A stretch of DNA of 64,000 nt from an uncultured euryarchaeote (lineage in GTDB: Archaea > Thermoplasmatota > Poseidoniia > Poseidoniales > Poseidoniaceae), in contig CAXCCF010000001.1 of assembly GCA_963981035.1 (NCBI GenBank), forward strand, positions 90,572 through 154,571, given 5' to 3'. This document shows positions 17,596 to 28,076 of this stretch, in pieces. The translations under genes and the position numbers were made by a program. A model generated the notes under the pieces. The model was not told where the DNA came from. It saw only the letters and a list, made by a program, of their open reading frames with translations, and searched no databases. How positions within the stretch are numbered: position 1 is the first letter of the stretch; each line of letters begins with the position of its first letter.

Positions 17596-18804
17596 TCAAT
17601 CTTTCAGTTCTTCGGATAGTTCATCCAAATCTGGCATTCCTGGAATATCACCAAGGTCTGATTCAGAAACCTCATCATCCGCTTCACTAGAATCTGCATC
17701 TATTGTTTGCTCTTCAGGGTCTGAATCGGATTCCTCTTCTTCCTCTTCTTCATTTTCTAGAGCGTTTGCAACTCTTATCTGCTCTTCAAGTTCTCTTTTC
17801 TTAGCTGCTCTCTCCTCCGGAGATGCAACCTTAAATTCACAGACTAACTTAATCGGGTCTCCGTGAGTTAATGCGCCATTATATTCCATAGCATCTCCTC
17901 CGTTTAGAGCAATGATTTGGAACTTTGTTGGATCTCTTGTTCTACGCTTTGCATGCTTCTTGTAATGGTGAACATAGACTTGGTATACACCAGCAGGTGC
18001 TTTACCTTCTGGCCATACAACATTTTCAACAGGTTTCTTAGTTTCCGCTCTCACATTGGCATCAACATCCAGTTCGCCACCACAATTGGAAATTTTATTC
18101 CCACCATGGATACGCTCACCACTTGGACATACTATGTGCAGGTCCAAATCATTGTAATTATTCCACATAAGAGATACTTGTACATCTGAAGAACGAGCAC
18201 CTTCACGCGCTAATCTTTCTTGCAATTCTGACATTGCTCGTTGTGCTGCTTCACGTGATTCCATTTCAGCCTGTTTTGCAGCCTTCTTGATTTCTTTTAA
18301 TCTCAGTTTTTCAGCATCAGCCATTTCCTGTTGTCGCTGAGCTTCTCTCTCTTCAGCCAAACGAGCCTCTTCTTCTTCACGAGCGATTCTATCTGCTTCT
18401 TCTTGTTCTAGGCGGAGCCTCTCTTCCTCTTCCTGTTCTAAGCGAAGACGCTCTGCTTCTTGTTCAGCAGCAATTCTTTCACGCTCAGCATTTTCTCTTT
18501 CCTCAGCCACTTGTTTAGCAATTCTTTCAGTTTCTTCTTTGGCTAACCGTTCTGATTCTTCCAATGCCAAACGGTTTTCAATTGCTTCACGTCGCCTTCT
18601 GCGCTCTTCGATTAAAGATAATTTACGATCAAATTCATTTTTTGCATGGCCGAAACCTGGAGCATTGTTAGCATTGCGTAATCCTTCAGCACTCATACCT
18701 TGGCGTACGTTAACAGCCGCTCCTTTACGGAGGAAAATCGCCCATATGCCAATGAAAAATGCACCACCAAAAATGATGGTCATACCCAATGCGCCGGCTT
18801 CCAT
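17596..18804 (-). CDS. Membrane-anchored protein with E/R-rich helical stalk and YfaP/DUF2135-like domain
   Basis: N-terminal TM; long E/R-rich run; VQVSLMWNNYNDLDLHIVCPSGE...LDVDAN...PVENV; acidic tail. Confidence 0.6.
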   Translation of the reverse strand: MEAGALGMTIIFGGAFFIGIWAIFLRKGAAVNVRQGMSAEGLRNANNAPGFGHAKNEFDRKLSLIEERRRRREAIENRLALEESERLAKEETERIAKQVAEERENAERERIAAEQEAERLRLEQEEEERLRLEQEEADRIAREEEEARLAEEREAQRQQEMADAEKLRLKEIKKAAKQAEMESREAAQRAMSELQERLAREGARSSDVQVSLMWNNYNDLDLHIVCPSGERIHGGNKISNCGGELDVDANVRAETKKPVENVVWPEGKAPAGVYQVYVHHYKKHAKRRTRDPTKFQIIALNGGDAMEYNGALTHGDPIKLVCEFKVASPEERAAKKRELEEQIRVANALENEEEEEEESDSDPEEQTIDADSSEADDEVSESDLGDIPGMPDLDELSEELKD

Positions 18805-18852
18805 AGTAATCTCTCTAAAGGTGGTAACTATTGAAACATTCCTCTAACAGTC

Positions 18853-21240
18853 CTAATTTTGGTGTCGAGAAACAACATCCAATAAATCCATTTTTCTGAT
18901 TCTCCACATTCCAAATGGTGTTGTTGCCAAAGATGCAATTAATATGAATGACAATACCTTAAGCGCCACAATACTGTCAATGGTTACTGGCATAAAGAAT
19001 TGCCATGTAGAGAATGCTGATGCCATTCCTTGGAACATTAGGATTGAGGTTGCAACACCCGCTATTCCACCGACCAGCCCAATAAAGGCATGTTCAATGG
19101 TCAATATTACTGCTAAATCTTTTATGCTTGCACCAAGAACTCTTAATGTTGCTAATTCATTGTCGCGTTCTGCTAAATTCATCATCAAAGTATTGAATAA
19201 TATTGCAACTGCCATTATTGCTCCAATCATATATGTTGTCATCATTATTGACTTCTGTTGTTTCAAAATCTCATCAAATCCAGTTAGTAAATCTTCTTTT
19301 GTAATTACTACTGATGTCAAACTTCTCACATCATCGTCTAATTGTTGACCTTCATCAAATGTCAATCTTATCCCATTAGCTTCCCAACCGGTAATCGGCG
19401 CATAATCAGTTCTATAGAATACCATTGTACGTTCCAATTCCCTTACTATTCCAGTCACTTCAACTTCTATTTCCGCAGAACCTTGTGATATTTTCACTGT
19501 ATCTGAAACATCCCATTCAAGTTCACTTGCCATCCCTTCATCGATTAATACTTGAGGGGGATTTTGTCCAATCGTTGGTATCTCACCTTTGACGATATTG
19601 AAACGATGCATTGCCGATTCGTCGCTGACAATGTTTTCCAAGCCATAGATAGTGAACATTCTTGGGTCATTTGAAGCATTACCTATACTGCGTATTAACA
19701 ATTCATATTCTGAAGCGTTTTGTTGAGCCCATGATTCTATTTCTGCAACATTTGTCGGCCACATATATGCTTGAGCATCCCAATTTTCTTGTTCATCCAT
19801 TGTTTCCTTGAACACCGTCTCTAATCCGACCTGCATCATCATTGTACCACCCATTATCACCATTGAAAGCGATAACATCACCAGTGTTGCTAAGAGTCGT
19901 GATGGATTTCTAAAAGTAGATCTTATTGCTAAACTAATACCTGGTGGTAATGAAGATGTAATCTTCACCATTATCCGACTTGGTGGCTTTTGACTTGTTC
20001 GATTTAGAATGTCCAATGGTTGAAGACGTGAAGCTCGTAATGCAGGCCTTATTCCAAATAACGAGATTAACACAATGCTGCCCAGACCGATTTTCAATAA
20101 TAGGTCTGGATAATGCCTAACAATAACTACTGGTATTCCAAAGAAATTAAAATAAAATTCTGTCATCATTTGAGATCCTATCGGTGAAACTCCAAGAAGA
20201 ATACCAATTATTACTCCTGGTATTCCGAGGAACAATGGTATCAATAGATAGCCAGTCATTATGTCCTTGCCGGATGCACCTATGGTGCGAAGTACTGCGA
20301 TTTCTTGTGAATGTGATTTTACTAATCGGCTAATTGAAATCGCAATCATTAGTCCTGAAACAAGAAGTAATACAGTTAGAATAAATGGCGAGGATTTATT
20401 CGAACCTTCTAAATCTAGTCTTAGCAATTCAGGACTTGTCATTCCACTTCTATCAACAACATCTCCTTCCATATCTAATGAACGCATATCCTCAACTAAT
20501 TCCAATCGAGAAATAGTTAACTCCGCACCTTCATCCAAGTCAAGTGTTTCTGACAAATCAAATGACGGATTTCCTGGCATATCAATGTACATCTCATTCC
20601 TTGTCAAAGGTTCAAAACCAGCAATACTTGCTAAATATTCTGAATCAAGGTAGCCGACAACATACCCGTCATTAGTCGGGAATAAACTTCCTTCAGCAGC
20701 ATACCATAAGTGCATTGGAGAATTTGCGATTCCAATAATAGTCACTTCATTTGTACCATTGCCAGCAATAATTCGGACTTTGTCACCTATTTTGTAATTC
20801 AATCCTTCTGCAGCATGGGCATCAATTACGATTTCACCATCACCTGGAGAGAGTGAACCTTCAATACGATACAGTCCAGATACCTCTCCATCCTCCATTC
20901 CATGCCAAAGTGACTGAATCCATTCATCTTCACCATATGGTGAATGATAGGTTTGTCCTTGAAGTGTCAATCTTGATTCACAATTCCAATCAGAATGTGA
21001 ATCGCAAAGTCGTGTGAAGTTACTTCTAGGCTGTTCAACATCTGAAACTATCAAATCTGATAAATTTGTTTCAGCATAGAAATCTTCGTACACATAACCT
21101 GCATTTCTTCCATGCTCAGATAACATTACGCCTGTATAAGTGGCTAATGCCACTATGGCTACCACTGTGAATACACGTAACTTAGAGCGCATCATACTGC
21201 GCCTCAGCCTTGTTAGTAAGAGTCTGCTCACTTTATTCAC
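18853..21240 (-). CDS. MacB/FtsX-family ABC transporter permease (two FtsX units)
   Basis: Two E(I/L)A.LR.(I/L)GAS motifs and two large extracytoplasmic loops; ATGA overlap with the ATPase gene. Confidence 0.88.
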   Translation of the reverse strand: MNKVSRLLLTRLRRSMMRSKLRVFTVVAIVALATYTGVMLSEHGRNAGYVYEDFYAETNLSDLIVSDVEQPRSNFTRLCDSHSDWNCESRLTLQGQTYHSPYGEDEWIQSLWHGMEDGEVSGLYRIEGSLSPGDGEIVIDAHAAEGLNYKIGDKVRIIAGNGTNEVTIIGIANSPMHLWYAAEGSLFPTNDGYVVGYLDSEYLASIAGFEPLTRNEMYIDMPGNPSFDLSETLDLDEGAELTISRLELVEDMRSLDMEGDVVDRSGMTSPELLRLDLEGSNKSSPFILTVLLLVSGLMIAISISRLVKSHSQEIAVLRTIGASGKDIMTGYLLIPLFLGIPGVIIGILLGVSPIGSQMMTEFYFNFFGIPVVIVRHYPDLLLKIGLGSIVLISLFGIRPALRASRLQPLDILNRTSQKPPSRIMVKITSSLPPGISLAIRSTFRNPSRLLATLVMLSLSMVIMGGTMMMQVGLETVFKETMDEQENWDAQAYMWPTNVAEIESWAQQNASEYELLIRSIGNASNDPRMFTIYGLENIVSDESAMHRFNIVKGEIPTIGQNPPQVLIDEGMASELEWDVSDTVKISQGSAEIEVEVTGIVRELERTMVFYRTDYAPITGWEANGIRLTFDEGQQLDDDVRSLTSVVITKEDLLTGFDEILKQQKSIMMTTYMIGAIMAVAILFNTLMMNLAERDNELATLRVLGASIKDLAVILTIEHAFIGLVGGIAGVATSILMFQGMASAFSTWQFFMPVTIDSIVALKVLSFILIASLATTPFGMWRIRKMDLLDVVSRHQN

Positions 21241-22019
21241 CCGATAACTTCATCCGCAAATTCAATTATTTTCCCAACGATTTTTTTTGCCCCAGAAATT
21301 ACATCTTTCGCAGCACTTTCCACTTGCCCGCTAATCGTCGAAAGACCACCAATTTCATCACCAATAATCTTCCCGCTTTCAAGTTGTAATACCCGAGTGG
21401 CATATTTGGTTAGACTACGATCGTGAGTAACAAATAATACGGTCATTCCTTCTTTCCGGCATATTTCAATTAAAGTTTCCATCACTTGAATCGATGTCTC
21501 AGAATCAAGGTTTCCTGTTAATTCATCACCAAGCATCATTTTTGGACGACTTGAAAGTGCTCTAGCGATTGCTACTCTTTGCCTCTGCCCTCCGCTCATT
21601 TGAGAAGGGAACCTATCTTCAAGCCCTTTGAGGCCTACCCTTTCCAGCAATTCTAGTGCATACTTTTTATCCCTCTTACCGGATAAATCTTGTACTAACA
21701 TGGTGTTTTCCAATGCTGTTAAATCACCTACTAAATTAAAAAATTGAAAAATATAGCCAATGTTTTTCTTTCTGAAATCGGTCATTTTACCGACATTGCC
21801 TAATTCAACATCATTGCCTATGAATGAATATTCACCGGCGGTTGGAGTATCTAATGCTGCAATAATATTCAACAATGTTGTTTTTCCTGAGCCCGATGGA
21901 CCTAAAAGTGCAACTATTTCTCCTGACTTTATTGTTAAATCTACATTGTCGAGGGCTCGAACTTCAGTATCACCATCGCCATAAATCCTACTAATTCCTT
22001 TCAATTCAACTATTGACAT
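21237..22019 (-). CDS. ABC transporter ATP-binding protein (LolD/MacB type)
   Basis: GPSGSGKT, MSGGQRQRVAIARAL, DELTGNLDS, VTHD. Start moved to ATG 22019. Confidence 0.93.
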   Translation of the reverse strand: MSIVELKGISRIYGDGDTEVRALDNVDLTIKSGEIVALLGPSGSGKTTLLNIIAALDTPTAGEYSFIGNDVELGNVGKMTDFRKKNIGYIFQFFNLVGDLTALENTMLVQDLSGKRDKKYALELLERVGLKGLEDRFPSQMSGGQRQRVAIARALSSRPKMMLGDELTGNLDSETSIQVMETLIEICRKEGMTVLFVTHDRSLTKYATRVLQLESGKIIGDEIGGLSTISGQVESAAKDVISGAKKIVGKIIEFADEVIG

Positions 22020-22136
22020 ACTTTCACCAGAATAGGTCTTGCCCAACAATTATCGTACGGTAAGCCTTGTTAATAAGCATCACCTATGTTATTCAGTACA
22101 ACGGTTTGAGTCAATGATGTTAATAGTACAAACTGT

Positions 22137-22793
22137 ATGGTGAGGATTATGAGAGAAGCGCATATTTCTTGGAATGCGCTGAGTGTTGCAAATTCTGATT
22201 TTGCAGAAATCACTCATATCGCCTCAAAACTAGAGGTTGTTGCGCATTTATCTGTTAGTGAAAGAGGGGTTCGGCAGTTGATTATTCCGACATTTGTTGA
22301 TGGAATGGGTCCAGAGCATTTGATGGAAGTTCCATTTTTAGAAATTGAAGAAACCAATTTGGGAATTTCTGGTGAGGCACATATTATCGCTTGGAACTCT
22401 CATCCACTTTCAGTAGCAGCAATTAGATTCCAGGATATTCACATCATCCCTCCTTATTCATTTGGAGGAGATGGAATGGAAATTACCGTAAGAGGGGTGC
22501 CGAGTGGGATTTCAAAATTCTTGAAAACTTGTAATGTGTTTTTGCCTCCCGATAGAGTAAAGGTCGTTGAAATGATTGATGAAGAGAACCAATTAGAACA
22601 ATTGCTAACTGAAAAACAAATTGAATGCATCATTAATGCTTGTTCTGTAGGCTATTACCAAACTCCAAAAAAGACTAGTTTGAGGCAATTATCGGAAAAT
22701 ATGAATATTCCACGTTCAACATTACAAGAACACCTCAGCAGAGCAGAAGCAAATTTGATGAATTGGGCTGCTGAATCTTTAAGAAATCAATAA
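22137..22793 (+). CDS. Bacterio-opsin activator (Bat)-type HTH transcription regulator
   Basis: C-terminal LTEKQ...GYYQTPKKTSLRQLSENMNIPRSTLQEHLSRAE. ATG 22149 is an alternative start. Confidence 0.85.
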   Translation: MVRIMREAHISWNALSVANSDFAEITHIASKLEVVAHLSVSERGVRQLIIPTFVDGMGPEHLMEVPFLEIEETNLGISGEAHIIAWNSHPLSVAAIRFQDIHIIPPYSFGGDGMEITVRGVPSGISKFLKTCNVFLPPDRVKVVEMIDEENQLEQLLTEKQIECIINACSVGYYQTPKKTSLRQLSENMNIPRSTLQEHLSRAEANLMNWAAESLRNQ

Positions 22794-22866
22794 CTCGGAC
22801 TTTTTAGAGATTTTTTGCATCCATTCTCATGCGAAACCTTGACCCTATGATGCTCGTAGGAGGTAC

Positions 22867-23664
22867 ATGGATAGAGATAGGCTCCTCGAGAGACTGTTGC
22901 CAAAGGGCAGAGGAGTATGGATTCCTATCGACCATGGTGCATCTGATTTTCCAGTTGAAGGATTGGTAGATACTGAAGAGACGATTAAGGCATTAATTTC
23001 AGCTGGAGTTGATGTGATACTTGCTCAAAAAGGTATAGTGAGCCATTATTCTCACTTGTGTAAAGGTACGAAGACAAATATGGTTGTCCATTTGTCAGTT
23101 TCAACACGTCATGCTGGACCTGATGCAGCCAACAAAGTTCTTGTCGGACACCCTGATGAGGTTTTTTCAAGAGGCGGAATCGGTGTTTCATGCCAAGTAA
23201 ATATTGGCAGCCCCAATGAAGCCAAAATGATTGAGCGCATGGGAGAGGTAAGCCGTCAAAGTCACAAACTTGGAATGCCAATGTTTGGTATGATTTATGC
23301 GAGAGGAGAATATTTGAGCGTAATGGATGGAGATTCCACGCGTGGGAATGCACATGCTGCTCGACTTGCTTTTGAATTAGGCTGTGATGCTGCAAAGACG
23401 GTGTGGACTGGCGATGCTGAAAGTTTTTCACAAATTTGCCGAGGCGTTCCAATTCCATTATTGGTTGCAGGTGGACCTTCGTCCGGAGATTCATTCGCAA
23501 TTCTTAGCATGGTCCGAACCGCCTTGGATAATGGTGCGAGTGGCGTATGTATGGGTAGGCAAGTATTTTCACATCCAGAAGTTGAAAAAATAGCCAAGGC
23601 TATTGTATTATTAGTTCATCAAGACTACTCTGTTGAAGACGCTATTTCGTCATGTGATCTATGA
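22867..23664 (+). CDS. aroA': 2-amino-3,7-dideoxy-D-threo-hept-6-ulosonate (ADH) synthase, class I aldolase family
   Basis: IPIDHG, ARLAFELGCDAAKT (Schiff-base Lys), VAGG, GVCMGRQVF; adjacent to DHQ synthase II. Confidence 0.85.
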   Translation: MDRDRLLERLLPKGRGVWIPIDHGASDFPVEGLVDTEETIKALISAGVDVILAQKGIVSHYSHLCKGTKTNMVVHLSVSTRHAGPDAANKVLVGHPDEVFSRGGIGVSCQVNIGSPNEAKMIERMGEVSRQSHKLGMPMFGMIYARGEYLSVMDGDSTRGNAHAARLAFELGCDAAKTVWTGDAESFSQICRGVPIPLLVAGGPSSGDSFAILSMVRTALDNGASGVCMGRQVFSHPEVEKIAKAIVLLVHQDYSVEDAISSCDL

Positions 23665-23674
23665 GGTGTTAATA

Positions 23675-24709
23675 GTGGAAATATGGTTAGACAATCGTAA
23701 CAACGATAGTGATTTATCCAACTATGAGTTAAGTTCTATAGATTTTATCATCCAACAATCTGAATCACAAGATGATACCAATATTGCGAAAATCATCACC
23801 GAAGAGAACAGAATATTTCAAGACGGAAAAATCATTGGTGAAATTATCAAAGTCAGTGGAGCGAATGGCCAAGATAAAGCACGTTCACTTGTTGGAAGTG
23901 TCAATTGGATATTACTAGAATTTGAAGATTGGTCGATGATACCTATTGAAAATATCATTGCTGCTTGTACTGGAAGCCCTACTAAAATTGCTGCATTGAT
24001 CCGCACTCCTGCGGAAGCACAAGGCGCTGCATTTGCACTGGAAATTGGTGTTGATGCTTTGGTTGTTGATTTGAACCAGAAAATGATTGATGCTGCTTTG
24101 ATTACAAAATCACAACGTGGAGAAAATTTGCAATCTATTGACGATATCAATGAAAATGAAAATATTGAGTTACAACCATTGATAATCACTGAAATAAAAT
24201 CAGGGGGAGTTTCCGATAGATATTGTATTGATTTGACAAGTCTCTTGGAAATTGGAGAAGGTATGCTAATTGGTTCAAGTTCTTCTTGTATGGCATTAAT
24301 TCATGGTGAAACGATTGCCTCCGATTATGTTCCTTCACGCCCATTTAGAGTCAATGCAGGCCCGCCTCATGCATATATTGTAATGGCAAATAGGACTACG
24401 AAATATTTGAGTGAGTTGGAGGCTGGCGACGAAGTACTGATTGTTTCGGATTCCCAGAAATGTAAATCTGCGACTATTGGAAGGCTCAAAATTGAGCGCC
24501 GTCCGATGTTATTATTCTCCTTGAAGAATACAAATGATAAAGAGGCTCAACTCTTCCTGCAACAAGCGGAGACTATTCGTTTAATCACTCCCCTGCGAAA
24601 ATTGAGAACCGTAACTGATTTAAGTATCGGGGACCAGATTCTCGGATGGAGTAGTTCCGATGCCCGACATATCGGTATTGCTGTTCTAAGCGAAGTAGTA
24701 GAGAGGTGA
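23675..24709 (+). CDS. aroB': 3-dehydroquinate synthase II
   Basis: WSMIPIENIIA, DRYCIDL, RPFRVNAG, GRLKIERRP, LQQAETIRL. GTG start at 23675 after GAGGTG. Confidence 0.92.
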   Translation: MEIWLDNRNNDSDLSNYELSSIDFIIQQSESQDDTNIAKIITEENRIFQDGKIIGEIIKVSGANGQDKARSLVGSVNWILLEFEDWSMIPIENIIAACTGSPTKIAALIRTPAEAQGAAFALEIGVDALVVDLNQKMIDAALITKSQRGENLQSIDDINENENIELQPLIITEIKSGGVSDRYCIDLTSLLEIGEGMLIGSSSSCMALIHGETIASDYVPSRPFRVNAGPPHAYIVMANRTTKYLSELEAGDEVLIVSDSQKCKSATIGRLKIERRPMLLFSLKNTNDKEAQLFLQQAETIRLITPLRKLRTVTDLSIGDQILGWSSSDARHIGIAVLSEVVER

Positions 24710-24713
24710 GAAA

Positions 24714-25613
24714 ATGGCAGTAATAGGAAAAGGACAGGCTCATGGTGCTTGTAGTCTTCTTCATGCTGCTGGTTTAGGCTATGGATGTAGTATGGCACTT
24801 GACTTACCAGTCGCAGTCCGTCTCTTAGACCAAGAAAGTAAGAGATCATTATCAGACCCTGATGGTCTACTCGAAGCGGTTGTCAATGTGTGGATTGCAA
24901 GTGGCCATGAATTACCAAATGGATTAACAAAAGAGAATTTGCATTGGGCAGTCGCTTCAAAAATTCCACCACGACAAGGTCTGAAATCATCCGCTGCTGT
25001 TTCAATTGCAGCACTGCGCGCATTATGCGATTCCATGAAAATGGAATTAGAAGTCAAAGACCTCGTCCTAATGTCTGCACAAGCACAATTAGAGGCCGGT
25101 GTTTCAATTACGGGTTCTATCGATGATTCATGGGCCTGTGCAACAAAGGGTTGGAAATTGATTGATGTCAATGCTGAAACAATAGAAGAAGGAGTACTAC
25201 TGGAAGGAGCTGGGCCTCCAGCTGATGATTGGTTTGTATTAATTCTGTCAAGAGGTGAAAGAAAATCGAGGCCAGAACCAGAGGCATTCGCAGTACAGCA
25301 GCAAAACTTTGTTCAAGCACTTAATGCGATACAAGAAGGCCAGGAACTTGTAGCATTAACTTGGAATGGCAGGGCAATGGTTGGAGTAATATCAGATTCT
25401 ATCGCTAGAAAATTGACAAATGATGCATTTGTCAACGGTGCTAGAGCATCCGGAATGTCCGGTTCTGGTTCTGCAATTGTATTAGTTGCACCTTCGATTA
25501 GCAAACCCTCCTGTGAACGACTGAAGCAGTGGTACACAACCAGATATCCAGATGTAGAATTGATTGAAGTGAAATTTTTGAATGCAGAGAATGTGCAAGA
25601 TGAAATTGAATGA
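24714..25613 (+). CDS. aroK: Archaeal shikimate kinase (GHMP family)
   Basis: IPPRQGLKSSAA, SITGSIDD, GMSGSGSA. Confidence 0.9.
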   Translation: MAVIGKGQAHGACSLLHAAGLGYGCSMALDLPVAVRLLDQESKRSLSDPDGLLEAVVNVWIASGHELPNGLTKENLHWAVASKIPPRQGLKSSAAVSIAALRALCDSMKMELEVKDLVLMSAQAQLEAGVSITGSIDDSWACATKGWKLIDVNAETIEEGVLLEGAGPPADDWFVLILSRGERKSRPEPEAFAVQQQNFVQALNAIQEGQELVALTWNGRAMVGVISDSIARKLTNDAFVNGARASGMSGSGSAIVLVAPSISKPSCERLKQWYTTRYPDVELIEVKFLNAENVQDEIE

Positions 25614-25663
25614 GTAACAAACACATTATTCAAACAGTGTTTGCTGGGTTAGGTTGAGTCAGT

Positions 25664-26743
25664 ATGCAGATGAGCATTGGCCAAGCAATTCGTTTGACCC
25701 TATTTGGCACCAGTCATGGACCAGAAGTAGGTGCAATCGTTGAAGGATTGCCTTCTGGTATCGTCATTGATGCAGATGCTATCCAACGTGCAATGGATAA
25801 ACGAAAGCCTGGTGGAAAGTATTCAAGCAAGAGAAAAGAAAGCGATAATGTTGAAATTTTGAGCGGCGTGGAAAATGGAAAAACAAATGGCAAAGTATGC
25901 AAAATTAGAATTGCAAATAACGATGTAAAATCAAGCGATTATTCATTTCTTCCACACCACCCAAGGCCAGGCCATCAAGACCTATTAATGCACATAAAAA
26001 CTGATGGAGAGGCTGATTTGAGAGGTGGAGGCACCTCAAGCGCTAGATTGACTGCACCAATCGTTGCAGTTGCAGCGATATTAGCGCCACTTATTGACGA
26101 AATTGGGGTGAAAATTGAAGCCCATGTTTCATCTATTGGCAATATCAATGCTCAAGACATCCAATCATGCCCAGATGATTGGAAAGGTGAAGATTGTGTC
26201 AATATGCGATGTAAAGACCCAGTTGCTGCAAAATTAATGGCACAATATCTAGACTCCCTTAGAAATGAACTAGATTCCGTTGGCAGCAAAGTTGAACTTT
26301 GTATTTCGGGATTACCTCTCGGTTTGGGAGAACCTTGGTTTGATGGAGTTGAACCGGCTCTTGCGAGAGCGATGATGGCAATTCCTGCAGCCAGAGGTGT
26401 TGAATTCGGTAGAGGATTCAATGCGGTACAAATGCTCGGCTCACAACATAATGATGCCTGGGGTGGAACTGTTACTGAACCTAAATTGAAGGGTGAGTCT
26501 CCTGATGGGGCAATCGCTGGATTAGCAAGTGGGGCGCCATTGAAAATTAATATTGCATTCAAGCCGCCATCCAGTATTGCAAAGCCACAGTTAACTTTGA
26601 ATTTAGATACTGGAACTGAAGAAGAACTTGTAGTGAAAGGAAGACATGACCCGGTTATTGGTCCACGCGCTGTAGCTGTTGTTGAAGCGATGGCAACGTT
26701 CATTTTAGTCGATTTAGCAATAAGAGGTGGTTATTTTGAGTGA
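25664..26743 (+). CDS. aroC: Chorismate synthase
   Basis: FGTSHG, PRPGHQD, RGGGTSSARLT, FKPPSSI, GRHDP. Confidence 0.95.
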   Translation: MQMSIGQAIRLTLFGTSHGPEVGAIVEGLPSGIVIDADAIQRAMDKRKPGGKYSSKRKESDNVEILSGVENGKTNGKVCKIRIANNDVKSSDYSFLPHHPRPGHQDLLMHIKTDGEADLRGGGTSSARLTAPIVAVAAILAPLIDEIGVKIEAHVSSIGNINAQDIQSCPDDWKGEDCVNMRCKDPVAAKLMAQYLDSLRNELDSVGSKVELCISGLPLGLGEPWFDGVEPALARAMMAIPAARGVEFGRGFNAVQMLGSQHNDAWGGTVTEPKLKGESPDGAIAGLASGAPLKINIAFKPPSSIAKPQLTLNLDTGTEEELVVKGRHDPVIGPRAVAVVEAMATFILVDLAIRGGYFE

Positions 26744-26750
26744 TGGTGAA

Positions 26751-28064
26751 ATGATTACTGTTCACAAGTTCGGGGGATCTTGCTTACGAGATTCTTCGGA
26801 CCTTGAAAGGATTTCACAAGTGATAAAACAAACCTCAGGACAATCAATAATTGTCGTTTCTGCATTATGGGGAACTACTGATAGATTGCTTAGAGCATCA
26901 CATGAACCACGCTATGCTGGACGTTTAGTTCATGATTTGGAAGAGCAACATTTACGTTTTTCTCCCGGATTAGCAGAATCAAATATTGGACACTTATTCA
27001 GTAATGTCCTAAATGGAATTGAAAAATCACTGGTTGAACTGGCAGTTAATCCTAAAAACAATGTTGCAAAGAATCGTTTGTTAGCTGCTGGTGAAAGATT
27101 GAGCGCACTTGTTGTGTCTCATTTTCTCAATACTATGGGAATGAGCACTCACCCTGTCGGGGCTGAAGATATTGGTTTGAGATTAAATGGTAAGGGCAAA
27201 GCACCTACGGTTGACTTAGAGTCTTCAAGAAAAAATCTAAACTTGTCAGCATTGCAAGGAACTCCAATACTTACAGGTTGGTTCGGACAAGGTACTGATG
27301 GTGAATTAGCATTGTTAGGGCGCGGTGGTAGTGACCATACGGCTACTGCAATCGCAAACCTTGTTGATGCTAACAAAGTAATTCTTTGGAAGGATGTTGC
27401 CGGCGTTTTGCCAATAAACCCACGTTGGGGAATAGAAACTACTGCCATCAACTACCTTGGATATGGTGAGGCGATGGAACTTTCCAGATTGGATACTCCC
27501 GTTCTCCACCCTGCGACAGTGGAACCTTTGGCTGCGGTTGGAATCCCATTAGAAATTATGCATCTATATCAGGAAAGAGAGTTTTCTCAAACTATCATAG
27601 GGCCCGATATTCATGATGAATACAATATCAAGGGTATAGGTTGCCTTACCAGTGTTGCATATTTATTGATAGAAACTCTCTCTCTCGAAGAGCAAAGCAA
27701 GAATTTTGGCCAGTTATTAGTGGATTTGGCAACTGAAGGAATTACTTGTTGGCACATACATTCACAACCAGGTGAGGTAAAAATAATAATTTCCCAGTAC
27801 GAAATTATTCAAGCAATTCAAATAATTTCAAAACATTTCCAAACTCCAAAAGTTGATACTTATGATGCAATGATTTCGCTTGTTGGAAATGGAACAGAGG
27901 ATGAGCAACTAATGTTATTCGAACAATTAGGCAACCGTTTGGGATTGGAGTTGCTTAGCCAATCGCCTCACTCAGTGAGATTATTGGCTAAAGAAATTAA
28001 CATTAATTCATTACTGGTTGAACTGAGTGAACTATTCAATCTTTGTAACACTCTTCATCAATGA
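26751..28064 (+). CDS. lysC: Aspartate kinase
   Basis: VHKFGGS, VVSAL, GERLSA, LGRGGSDHTA, KDVAG, VLHP. Start at ATG 26751 after GGTGA. Confidence 0.88.
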   Translation: MITVHKFGGSCLRDSSDLERISQVIKQTSGQSIIVVSALWGTTDRLLRASHEPRYAGRLVHDLEEQHLRFSPGLAESNIGHLFSNVLNGIEKSLVELAVNPKNNVAKNRLLAAGERLSALVVSHFLNTMGMSTHPVGAEDIGLRLNGKGKAPTVDLESSRKNLNLSALQGTPILTGWFGQGTDGELALLGRGGSDHTATAIANLVDANKVILWKDVAGVLPINPRWGIETTAINYLGYGEAMELSRLDTPVLHPATVEPLAAVGIPLEIMHLYQEREFSQTIIGPDIHDEYNIKGIGCLTSVAYLLIETLSLEEQSKNFGQLLVDLATEGITCWHIHSQPGEVKIIISQYEIIQAIQIISKHFQTPKVDTYDAMISLVGNGTEDEQLMLFEQLGNRLGLELLSQSPHSVRLLAKEININSLLVELSELFNLCNTLHQ

Positions 28065-28076
28065 AGAGGTAATTAT

